Notes: generated from the sequence alone by a model not told the origin. A stretch of DNA of 62,055 nt from a virus (IMGVR_UViG_3300045996_000553:1-62055), one strand, 5' to 3'; shown: positions 18,098 to 25,698, numbered from the stretch's first letter. Numbers and translations: made by a program.

Positions 18098-18337
18098 TTA
18101 GAGTTCCTTTCCTTTTCCGATTCCCCATGAAAAACCGATAACGAAGTTATAGAGGCTTTCCGTATTGTTAAATGTAAACTTCTTGAAACAACCTTCCACC
18201 GTAAAGCAAAGTTCTTTCCGAGACTCTCCTTCCACGTCTAAAATATCGATAGCAATACCGTAAAGTTTGGAAACGTCTGCCGCTATCTGTTTAGCGGCTT
18301 CCAGGTTAAAATCGAAGTCTGTTTTCGCTTGTTGCAT
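18098..18337 (-). CDS. Hypothetical protein
   Basis: GAAAGG SD inside RNA motif copy 1. Confidence 0.7.
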   Translation of the reverse strand: MQQAKTDFDFNLEAAKQIAADVSKLYGIAIDILDVEGESRKELCFTVEGCFKKFTFNNTESLYNFVIGFSWGIGKGKEL

Positions 18338-18345
18338 AATATCCC

Positions 18346-18412
18346 AACCTTTCCCTGTAGTTCACAGGCAAGCCCTTTGCAGGGCTTCCGCACTCGTTAA
18401 GCCGAAAGGTTA
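18346..18412 (-). ncRNA. Four-way-junction cis-RNA motif, copy 1
   Basis: Same architecture and conserved core as 20644..20712, with compensatory changes. Confidence 0.75.
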
Positions 18413-18955
18413 TGCAGTTTGAATAATCTCTCCAATCATCGTTTTGGGGATGCGATAGCGGCAATTCATATATACGCCGATGATTTTCGGGTCGGATTGT
18501 ATAACTGTAACTTGTGGAATGCTGCTATTGATAAGGGACAAGGTATCCCCTGGTTTGATATTTTCCAAAACGTTCTTTAACCTTGCCTTCTCATCTTTCT
18601 TGTAGGCTTGTTGTTCGGCGCATTTTATCCGGTAGTTTGCGGCGGATTCGTTTGGGCAGGGAACTTCTTCAAACCATTTGAGAGGGCAATCGTAGTAAAA
18701 AGGATGCATACTCTCATCGAGTCCCTTGTATCCCCAACCATAACCACGAGAGGAAACGAGAAGATCAATCCGAATATATTTGAGAAGGGATATGCCTTCG
18801 GGAGACTTTTTCTCCCACAAGGAATAAACCGTGTTCCCTACGGTTTTCTTCTCCTTGCAGGTATGAACGATGCCTGTGTGTCCATCTCCCCAATTCTTTG
18901 TTATGTCTGCAATAATGCTTGCCTTGGTTGCGCCGTAAGTGTAAGAAGTTCCCAT
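18410..18955 (-). CDS. Hypothetical protein (DUF6927-like)
   Basis: WGYKGLDESMHPFYYDCP motif. Confidence 0.75.
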   Translation of the reverse strand: MGTSYTYGATKASIIADITKNWGDGHTGIVHTCKEKKTVGNTVYSLWEKKSPEGISLLKYIRIDLLVSSRGYGWGYKGLDESMHPFYYDCPLKWFEEVPCPNESAANYRIKCAEQQAYKKDEKARLKNVLENIKPGDTLSLINSSIPQVTVIQSDPKIIGVYMNCRYRIPKTMIGEIIQTA

Positions 18956-18989
18956 TTGTTTTATTCTCCTTTGTGAGTGTGTAAGTATG

Positions 18990-19028
18990 TCTCTCCTCTG
19001 TCTTTATCTTATCTTAACAGAGGAGAGA
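18990..19028 (-). promoter_or_regulatory. Extended -10 element embedded in a 12-bp inverted repeat
   Basis: tctctcctctgt / acagaggagaga; minus strand TGtTAAGAT. Confidence 0.5.
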
Positions 19029-19054
19029 AAGGAACTGGTATTTTTAATAGGGTT

Positions 19055-19420
19055 TCAGGAAAGATAGATCAGTTCATCGTCTCCTGTATAAGCGTCTGTC
19101 TCTCCGTAACTGTGAGAAATTTGCGTCAGTTCTTCCCCGTTCTGTAAATCCCCGTCCCAAAACCCAGCGCCGTGTCTGTTGCGTGTCAACCAGAAGTCCA
19201 TTCCGGCTTTTTTATCGGAATAATCTCCTGCTTGAAATTCCTCTTCCCATAACGGCGAACAGATTTTGTAAAACGCGCTACATTCTAATTCGATTCTTTC
19301 CTGCGCCTCTTCGGAAAAATCGAATTGGTCTTTATCATCGGGGATAAGATCGTCCGTATCCCCTTGTGACGTAAAGAAAATCGCTTCAATGTATCCCTGC
19401 TTAAATTCTGTGTATCCCAT
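19055..19420 (-). CDS. Conserved phage hypothetical protein
   Basis: YIEAIFF..AGMDFWLTRNRHGAGFWD. Confidence 0.8.
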   Translation of the reverse strand: MGYTEFKQGYIEAIFFTSQGDTDDLIPDDKDQFDFSEEAQERIELECSAFYKICSPLWEEEFQAGDYSDKKAGMDFWLTRNRHGAGFWDGDLQNGEELTQISHSYGETDAYTGDDELIYLS

Positions 19421-19454
19421 GATTTAACCCTCCAAAATAACCTGCATAGTGACG

Positions 19455-19658
19455 CTAACGAACAAAACTGTGATGATGAGCCATTATCGCATCCTCTAAA
19501 ATCTGAATTCCACGCGGAGATTGCAATTCTACGCAAAGATTACAACCTTTCTCCCTACACGGACGGCAACCTTCTTGATACGGGATTGTGCAGTCACAAA
19601 GATGCGTAAAACCCTCTTGTTTTAGTTGAATCAGCATTGCTTTTGCTTTCTTTGTCAT
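19455..19658 (-). CDS. Cys-rich hypothetical protein
   Basis: GAAAGGA RBS; six Cys. Confidence 0.65.
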   Translation of the reverse strand: MTKKAKAMLIQLKQEGFTHLCDCTIPYQEGCRPCREKGCNLCVELQSPRGIQILEDAIMAHHHSFVR

Positions 19659-19708
19659 TGCTGTATCCTTTCATATTCCAATGTTGCGTTTGTTTACTGT
19701 GTAGCAAT

Positions 19709-19752
19709 CAGGCGCAATGGTTTGAACCTATCCCTTGGAAGCGATGCGCCTG
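19709..19752 (-). ncRNA. Putative structured RNA with T-loop-like hairpin
   Basis: CAGGCGCA/UGCGCCUG stem enclosing GGUUCAAACC. Confidence 0.45.
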
Positions 19753-19763
19753 TGATTTTTACG

Positions 19764-20222
19764 TTAGATCAAAACTTCTTCATATTCCCGATTCTCTATC
19801 TCGGTTTCAATGTAACCTTCCGCTAGTTCCGTATAATTTACGCCTCTCTTTCCGATCCAATTTCTCATTCGACTAGCTAAAACTTTGACAGCTTTCTCTT
19901 TGCTTTCCGATAACGTGTAAATCTGTTTGGCTTGTTTTGTCCAATAGTTGTAAGAATCCTGGTCATTGTCCATTTCTAAACCAACCTGCCACGTTTTGTA
20001 ATTTGTGTATCCCTGGTAGCTTTCTTCCGCTTTCTCCTCTTCATAACCGTCAAACCATTGTCCGTAACGTTTCGTTCGGTTTGTTTCCGTTTTGCCTGTT
20101 GCAGTTGTGGAACTCGTTTCGGGATTCTGGCAATGGGCTTGCGCTTCCTCTAGTGTTAAGCCTTTCTTGATTGTTCGGTTTGCGGAATTTTGGAAATGTC
20201 GAATGATTCGATAGGTCGCCAT
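19764..20222 (-). CDS. Two-domain conserved phage hypothetical protein
   Basis: GLTLEEAQAHC.NPETSS..WFDGY fused to YQGYTNYKTWQV. Confidence 0.8.
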   Translation of the reverse strand: MATYRIIRHFQNSANRTIKKGLTLEEAQAHCQNPETSSTTATGKTETNRTKRYGQWFDGYEEEKAEESYQGYTNYKTWQVGLEMDNDQDSYNYWTKQAKQIYTLSESKEKAVKVLASRMRNWIGKRGVNYTELAEGYIETEIENREYEEVLI

Positions 20223-20227
20223 TTTGA

Positions 20228-20434
20228 TTACTCCTTCTCATCTATCGGGGAATGATAAATTCCGCTTCGTGTTTTAGGTTCCAGTTTTAAAACATCTTCC
20301 GCAAACAGGAAAGAAGATGTTAAATACTTCTTCCCTAATCGCTTTTCTTTACTCCAGACCGCTTTATCGTTTTTCCATCCGACAAAATATGCTTCTGTGG
20401 ACATTTTGCGAATGTGTCCGACTTCGTAAGACAT
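20228..20434 (-). CDS. Hypothetical protein
   Basis: GGAG RBS; resembles 23027..23230 (Y..G..W). Confidence 0.7.
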   Translation of the reverse strand: MSYEVGHIRKMSTEAYFVGWKNDKAVWSKEKRLGKKYLTSSFLFAEDVLKLEPKTRSGIYHSPIDEKE

Positions 20435-20438
20435 TTTG

Positions 20439-20633
20439 TTACTCTCCCTTTCTCATAATTGCCGCCATTCGATTAAACTTCTCGGTATTGTTTTCTTTCC
20501 AGACGCTAGCGGCTTGTCTCGCTTCGTTCCTGCTAGATGACAATGGCTTTTCGTTTCGTCTTGTTTCTTCCGTGTCAATAGTTTGTAAAGCCATAAAGGG
20601 AATTCTTGTTTTCTCGTTTAACATACTTTTCAT
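20439..20633 (-). CDS. Hypothetical protein
   Basis: ATG at 20633, 10 nt after the GAAAGG of RNA motif copy 2. Confidence 0.7.
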   Translation of the reverse strand: MKSMLNEKTRIPFMALQTIDTEETRRNEKPLSSSRNEARQAASVWKENNTEKFNRMAAIMRKGE

Positions 20634-20643
20634 CGGTTTGTTT

Positions 20644-20712
20644 CCTTTCCCCTTATCAGAAGGGTAGGAAGCCATTAAAGACTTCCCCCGCACGATTTAC
20701 GCCGAAAGGTTA
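20644..20712 (-). ncRNA. Four-way-junction cis-RNA motif, copy 2
   Basis: CCUUUC/GAAAGG closing stem plus three hairpins; covaries with copy 1. Confidence 0.75.
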
Positions 20713-21123
20713 AAGCAGGTTTCCTTCGGAATCCGTCAGACACTCGTCTAATGGTTGCACCGGATACATAATCGAGCCGATATTCCTGTATTGCGTCTGA
20801 TAATGTTTGTTGCGAAATTCTTCTTCATTCTGGTAGGTTGTGTATGCCGTTTTCACAATGGCGTTTGGGTTTAACTGGTAGAGATTGGAAAAGAATTTTG
20901 CGAATCCATACCAGTTAATCGCGTTCTTTTTCCTGCCGCTCATTCCCGATTGTGAAAGCCATTTCTTTTCTTGCGGATTCGGGGAAAGTTTCACGTTAAA
21001 TCTGTCGCCTTTGGCATTTAACGGCTTGAAATTGTCCAACCGAATTCCGCCTGTGAGGATAGCTGCTTGCTCTATCTGTTCCTTTGTGACGTTTGCAATA
21101 ACCATTGGAATAGTTCCTTTCAC
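20710..21123 (-). CDS. Hypothetical protein
   Basis: Operon ORF directly downstream of the hammerhead; start may be the internal ATG (MVIAN). Confidence 0.75.
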   Translation of the reverse strand: MKGTIPMVIANVTKEQIEQAAILTGGIRLDNFKPLNAKGDRFNVKLSPNPQEKKWLSQSGMSGRKKNAINWYGFAKFFSNLYQLNPNAIVKTAYTTYQNEEEFRNKHYQTQYRNIGSIMYPVQPLDECLTDSEGNLL

Positions 21124-21125
21124 GT

Positions 21126-21194
21126 TCGGATTAGACTCATTCAGCTAGGGATTCATCCGATTTACCCTAAGACCCCTAGAAAGGGGTTTCGTCT
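21126..21194 (-). ncRNA. Type II hammerhead ribozyme with pseudoknot
   Basis: AGAC-GAAA-CCCC(UUUCUA)GGGG-UC-UUAGGG(loop)CCCUAG-CUGAAUGA-GUCU; loop I UCGGAU pairs with 3' AUCCGA. Confidence 0.88.
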
Positions 21195-21452
21195 TTAATC
21201 TTCGTAAAGTAGGCAATCTTCTTCCTGGCAAGGGCAAGTTTCAACGGTTCGCATTGCATAGCTATCACGCGCTACTGCTTCATAGTCGCCATTAGAGCCG
21301 GATACTTTGAAACCCTGTTCCTTGTAATCCTCTTTCGCGCTGATTGCATAACTTACAGCGTCTTTTCGGTTTGTGAATACTTGGTTATCATCCGGCATAC
21401 AACCGGGAATTCCTACCAGAACGTGATAATGTTGAAACTGCTTGGTTGCCAT
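21195..21452 (-). CDS. Hypothetical protein
   Basis: GAAAGG RBS; PGCMPD motif. Confidence 0.75.
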   Translation of the reverse strand: MATKQFQHYHVLVGIPGCMPDDNQVFTNRKDAVSYAISAKEDYKEQGFKVSGSNGDYEAVARDSYAMRTVETCPCQEEDCLLYED

Positions 21453-21474
21453 AATGGTTGCCTTTCGTGGAATG

Positions 21475-21519
21475 TAGCAAGCAAGACTGTTTTTGAGAAT
21501 TGTCGGGTCTTGCTTGCTA
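21475..21519. repeat. Perfect 13-bp intergenic inverted repeat
   Basis: tagcaagcaagac / gtcttgcttgcta. Confidence 0.85.
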
Positions 21520-21532
21520 GGGTTGGTTGTTG

Positions 21533-21829
21533 TTAGATCATTCTTCCGTATTCATCCCGAAGGATGTTAGCGTTGTGTGAACCATAACGCGCCGCTTTTG
21601 ACTTCGTGATATTCCAATATTTGATAAGATTGGTTCCGTCTTGAAGAACAATACCGGGAATATCTTCCTCTAGCGTATTCGGGTAATCTTCGGGAAAGTC
21701 TCTAACTTCCTGCCATTCTTTTACCGCTTCTTTGTAATACTGTAGGGCTTTCTTTTCCTCTCCAAATTTCACGATAGAGGATTGGTAATACTTTCCGTTT
21801 TCTCTGTCGATAAACCTAACGTAATACAT
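21533..21829 (-). CDS. Hypothetical protein
   Basis: GAAAGGA RBS, upstream promoter. Confidence 0.75.
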   Translation of the reverse strand: MYYVRFIDRENGKYYQSSIVKFGEEKKALQYYKEAVKEWQEVRDFPEDYPNTLEEDIPGIVLQDGTNLIKYWNITKSKAARYGSHNANILRDEYGRMI

Positions 21830-21868
21830 TTCATCTTCCTTTCGTCTGTCGTTCGCCTTAACAACACC

Positions 21869-21897
21869 ATTTTAGCAGGATGAAATAAAGATGGGAA
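21869..21897 (-). promoter_or_regulatory. sigma70-type promoter
   Basis: TTCCCA-17 nt-TAAAAT with extended TG. Confidence 0.55.
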
Positions 21898-22364
21898 CTA
21901 TCATTTCTGATAGTGTTTTCTCGTCTTTAAATCGTCTGTCTTGACGCTTGCTCATAAGCAATCTTGTTTATTGTCTGTCCTTGCCTATGGAACGTCCTGT
22001 AGTAAAGGTGTGAACAGACGTTCATACTCGTTAAAGCCATTAGACGGTGTTAGGCGTGGATTTATACCTATACGCTTGTATCTTGGTAAACGTCCTATGC
22101 TTTCCTCCTTCGTAAACAATAGGTTATAAGCGAAAAACGGGTCTAAATCAGTATGCTAGGTTAGTAAAACCATTTGATAAGCAATAAAGCGTTGCATAAT
22201 AAAGAATGAGTATCGTTAAGCGTATCGTTAGAGGAAAAATGAGGGTATCGTTAGGCGTGGATTAGGCGTGAGCGGTCGCTTCTTGGCAATAGACCCAACC
22301 ATTGGGAAGAGTAAGGGACCGTCTCGCTTGGTAGTAGCATAGGAGTTCAACCCTAACCCAGATC

Positions 22365-22421
22365 GGGGATAGATATATATTATTCTATCCCCGTAGGGGA
22401 TATAATATATATCTATTCCCC
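22365..22421. repeat. AT-rich nested imperfect palindrome
   Basis: ggggatagatatatattattctatcccc-gta-ggggatataatatatatctattcccc. Confidence 0.8.
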
Positions 22422-22442
22422 TGGGAAGGGTCCGGGAATTTT

Positions 22443-22643
22443 TTATGCTCGGTTGCTTTCCCGAATTTCGTATCTCGAAAAAGTTTTGAGAATTCGCGAT
22501 TGGTTTTCGAGGTGATCTTGGAGTTTTTCCACCGAGGAAAAAGTTTGGGTTCGGGTTCCGAATTCCCCGATTGCATAAAAGCCGGAAAAAACCCGATAGA
22601 CGGTAAAAGATTCGTTTTGAGTTCGGATTACTGCTATTGGCAT
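22443..22643 (-). CDS. Hypothetical protein
   Basis: AAGGAG RBS. Confidence 0.65.
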   Translation of the reverse strand: MPIAVIRTQNESFTVYRVFSGFYAIGEFGTRTQTFSSVEKLQDHLENQSRILKTFSRYEIRESNRA

Positions 22644-23026
22644 CTCATTCTCCTTTTTGGAATAGGGCTATTTGACCTGAGAATCGTTTCTGTGACGTTT
22701 TAATGGTTTGGGCGGGTGATTTACCGTAGGCCGGAAAAATTTTGTCTCTCCGCCCATTCTTGCGGGAATTCAGGGGAGTTTCGGTTGGAACGAATCGAGT
22801 TCCCCTGCAAAATCTCTTAAGCGAGCAAATAACTCTAAGTCTCTTGCGCTCATTCCGGCCCATAATTTTGTTGCGAGAGGAAACATTTCATAAATCTTTT
22901 CTTGCAAGGGAGTGAACTTCATTTTAGGAATAGCCTTTCTTGCCCCTACGTTGACCGTAGGGGCGATAGAATATGGTTTGGGTGTGATTTGACGTGGAAG
23001 GTTGAAATTTTGCGTGTGTGGCGATT

Positions 23027-23230
23027 TTAGAAGCGTTCCACTTCTAACGATTCTGCCCCGTAACGTTCGGCTAGCAGGTTAAACGTTTTCTCCACTTGTT
23101 TCGCTTCGATATGCGCGGCGGAAGTAATTTCCTCTTCCCATCTCACCCAGGAAGAGTAATTTCCGAATCCTGCGTAATACTTGCCCGTCAGTTTGCGCTT
23201 GATAGCATAAATTCCCGTTGCGTATTGCAT
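23027..23230 (-). CDS. Hypothetical protein
   Basis: GAAAGG RBS. Confidence 0.7.
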   Translation of the reverse strand: MQYATGIYAIKRKLTGKYYAGFGNYSSWVRWEEEITSAAHIEAKQVEKTFNLLAERYGAESLEVERF

Positions 23231-23274
23231 TGCATTGCCCTTTCTAAGCGTGAATCAGTGTCATTTGTTGCAAT

Positions 23275-23315
23275 TTCCCGCCCCGGAATCGAACCGGGGA
23301 GAAACCATTCAGGAA
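23275..23315 (-). ncRNA. tRNA-like minihelix (acceptor-like stem + T-arm)
   Basis: UUCCUG/CGGGAA stacked on CCCCGG-UUCGAUU-CCGGGG; no D or anticodon arm. Confidence 0.6.
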
Positions 23316-23440
23316 GTTTTGATTTTTTTCTTATCGGCCTTGATTTTTTCGATTCGACAGGTTGTGCAAAGGGTTTCACCCACATAACCCACAAACCAAT
23401 TGCATACTTCACATTTCACGATTTTAGGCTCTCTTTCCAT
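23309..23440 (-). CDS. 43-aa Zn-finger protein
   Basis: MEREPKIVKCEVC..LCTTC; GGAG RBS; not in ORF track. Confidence 0.65.
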   Translation of the reverse strand: MEREPKIVKCEVCNWFVGYVGETLCTTCRIEKIKADKKKIKTS

Positions 23441-23527
23441 AATGGTTGCTCCCTTTCATTGCCTCGCTAGCTTAAAGCGAGGTTACAGGTTTCTTTTACT
23501 AGAGGACGGTAGCGGGTAGCTAGCGTG

Positions 23528-23749
23528 CTACATACGCTTTGCAGGGATTCGATAAATCTCAGTTCCCATTGCCATTTCTCCGGCAAGCATATCGTGAAAG
23601 TCTGCGATATGCTTGTATGCAGCCGATACTCCCTTGGTTTGCTCCTCCCATACGCGCTTTGCTTTGTTCCACGTCACTACTGCCGATGTCTCGTATTGTG
23701 CCTTGACGGGTCTGTAGTTGCTTGCCGCCACATATAGCAGTTTATTCAT
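23528..23749 (-). CDS. Hypothetical protein
   Basis: AAGGAG RBS. Confidence 0.7.
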   Translation of the reverse strand: MNKLLYVAASNYRPVKAQYETSAVVTWNKAKRVWEEQTKGVSAAYKHIADFHDMLAGEMAMGTEIYRIPAKRM

Positions 23750-23758
23750 GGTTGCTCC

Positions 23759-23932
23759 TTAGAATGAATTGGTGAACCGAGCGAAGTCTGACACCGTTTT
23801 GAACGTGATGCTCTTCCCTGTAGCGCGGAAGGTATAGACTACTTCCCATGTTTTCTCCCCTGCCTCTACCTTGGCGGTAGCTTGATACCAGATTGCGCTT
23901 TCTTTGACCCGGTTGGCTTCGTATGTATTCAT
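23759..23932 (-). CDS. 57-aa hypothetical protein, first gene of leftward operon
   Basis: MNTYEANRVKESAIWYQ..; AAGGA RBS. Confidence 0.65.
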   Translation of the reverse strand: MNTYEANRVKESAIWYQATAKVEAGEKTWEVVYTFRATGKSITFKTVSDFARFTNSF

Positions 23933-23984
23933 TGGGGTGTCCTTCCTTTATCCTTGGATCGTCTACACTTCGTCTTACACACTT

Positions 23985-24012
23985 ATTATAGCAGGTATTA
24001 TTTTATATGCAA
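23985..24012 (-). promoter_or_regulatory. Strong leftward promoter
   Basis: TTGCAT-16 nt-TATAAT with extended TG. Confidence 0.75.
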
Positions 24013-24194
24013 GCCTTTTTGACTATTACTTTTGATAGGGGGGACCCATTTTTTTGTGGGACCATTCTCACAGGTAGTCCGACGCGATTCACCGTTACGA
24101 ATTTTTAAAATTTCCCACCCCTCTTTTACGTCCCTATTTCGTCTTTCCCTAACTTTCCAAAAAAATTTACTACAAAAATAATCAAAATAAAGTC

Positions 24195-24223
24195 TTGACA
24201 TCATCCTAAGAGTGTCCTATACT
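24195..24223 (+). promoter_or_regulatory. Rightward sigma70-type promoter
   Basis: TTGACA-17 nt-TATACT. Confidence 0.8.
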
Positions 24224-24240
24224 ATTAATGGTAGTGATTA

Positions 24241-24816
24241 ATGCCCGATCCACTAACAACTCCCATTCACGAAAGGGCAACTCTAATGGCGTTCGAGAGA
24301 TACAATCCGCAAACAAGAGCGACAAGAAAGTATGTCAAAGTCGAAGACGTTCCTCCGTTCCTGTCCATCGCAAAATCGTTGGGGATGTATGTCAATCCTT
24401 CAGCGATCCATCGTTTCGATCTGCACGCCTCCCGTTATGTCGATCTGTTTTACGACCGCTCCACTCAGAAAATCGCCCTTCGGTTTCTCGGGGAACCCAC
24501 CGATACGTCCTCCCGAAAGTTGACCCCGACGGAATCCGCAGTCGGGAACGTCGGGTTTCAGTTCTCCGCTTCAGGATTTCTGAACTTCTATGGCATCCCT
24601 GTGGTGGAAACCAGGAAATACAACCTCACCCTCTCTAATGGTTTGGTTGTGGCGGATTTGAAATCCCCGTTCGTTTCGACGGTTCAAAAACCGGAACCCC
24701 AAACATTGAAGGAAGTTTTTGAGGAAGAGGAATACGTCGCTCCCAAACCTCAGAAGAAAGTCGTCGCTCCGCTACCCTTCCCCTCCGTGTGGGAGCAAAC
24801 CAAAGGAGATTTTTAA
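24241..24816 (+). CDS. Hypothetical protein, possible AbrB/MraZ-like fold; paralog of 28079..28495
   Basis: P..SI..G.Y.N..A..YVDLFYD..KIALRF; start may be 24286 (MAFERY). Confidence 0.7.
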   Translation: MPDPLTTPIHERATLMAFERYNPQTRATRKYVKVEDVPPFLSIAKSLGMYVNPSAIHRFDLHASRYVDLFYDRSTQKIALRFLGEPTDTSSRKLTPTESAVGNVGFQFSASGFLNFYGIPVVETRKYNLTLSNGLVVADLKSPFVSTVQKPEPQTLKEVFEEEEYVAPKPQKKVVAPLPFPSVWEQTKGDF

Positions 24817-24818
24817 CA

Positions 24819-25142
24819 ATGGCTGAGATTATCCTAGCGGGAGAAAAACAAACAGAAAAACCTTCGGTGGATGTGGAACTGAACGTGCTGTCGGTAAAAC
24901 TGGAAAACATCGACAACGAACTTTCGGCTTTAACAGGAGAACTGAATAACGTGCTTCAACCGGAGTTTACTGCAACAACGCTGAGTTCGGGAACTCTTTC
25001 GACAACAGGAGTTATACGTCTGAACGAAACGCCGGTGGTTTCTCAGGACAGCGTTCTGGTATCGAAGGTGAAATCCCTCTCGAAACAAGCGCAGGAGATG
25101 CATGATCGGCTGCATCGGCTGACGGAAAGGCTTCAGGTATGA
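24819..25142 (+). CDS. Coiled-coil hypothetical protein
   Basis: AGGAG RBS. Confidence 0.7.
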   Translation: MAEIILAGEKQTEKPSVDVELNVLSVKLENIDNELSALTGELNNVLQPEFTATTLSSGTLSTTGVIRLNETPVVSQDSVLVSKVKSLSKQAQEMHDRLHRLTERLQV

Positions 25143-25465
25143 GCGAAAAAACCTGGTTGGAAAAACAAACCAAGAAACCTACGTTGCGAGAGGCGTTGAT
25201 GCAAAACGTCAAGGAGTTGGAGGAAGAACTCGCACAGCAGAAACAGCAGAACGATTTCCTTATGGCTCTCCTGGTTGAGATTTATGAGAACGTAAATATC
25301 ATGGACCTCTACACCAATATATTCACAATGGTTGAAGCCGTGATTTATGAAGGACGACCGGAATGTTTCGGAGGCGGGGAAATCTCTTACAACTTCGCCA
25401 AAGCAAGGTGGCATGAGTTCAAACAAATGGTTCTTGAAGGCAAGAAACCGACAAGAGGAGTCTAA
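25139..25465 (+). CDS. Hypothetical protein
   Basis: ATGA-coupled. Confidence 0.7.
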   Translation: MSEKTWLEKQTKKPTLREALMQNVKELEEELAQQKQQNDFLMALLVEIYENVNIMDLYTNIFTMVEAVIYEGRPECFGGGEISYNFAKARWHEFKQMVLEGKKPTRGV

Positions 25466-25512
25466 CTAGCGTGATTTACGATTTCGAGGAAGCGAAGGAG
25501 GAAGGAGGAAGG

Positions 25513-25698
25513 ATGAAACAATGTGACTTGTGCAAAGAGAGCGAAAAACTGATTGAGAGATTTAAGGTTACGCTAGAAATGAAAGATGAAGCGAAAGGAG
25601 TTGTTTATAAATCTTTTGAAGATCGTGTTTTTGAAGTTTGTTGGGAATGTAGGGGAAAGATCAAAACGGTGTTTTTACAGAAGGATATGAATAAATGA
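25513..25698 (+). CDS. Zn-binding hypothetical protein
   Basis: CDLC..CWEC; GGAGG RBS. Confidence 0.7.
   Translation: MKQCDLCKESEKLIERFKVTLEMKDEAKGVVYKSFEDRVFEVCWECRGKIKTVFLQKDMNK

Noticed and set aside
20634-20693. ORF-track start (MRGKSLM..) for 20439..20693
   Set aside because: Lies inside the RNA motif; the ATG at 20633 has the SD
23240-23340. Full tRNA gene
   Set aside because: Only the T-arm and an acceptor-like stem are present; no D or anticodon arm
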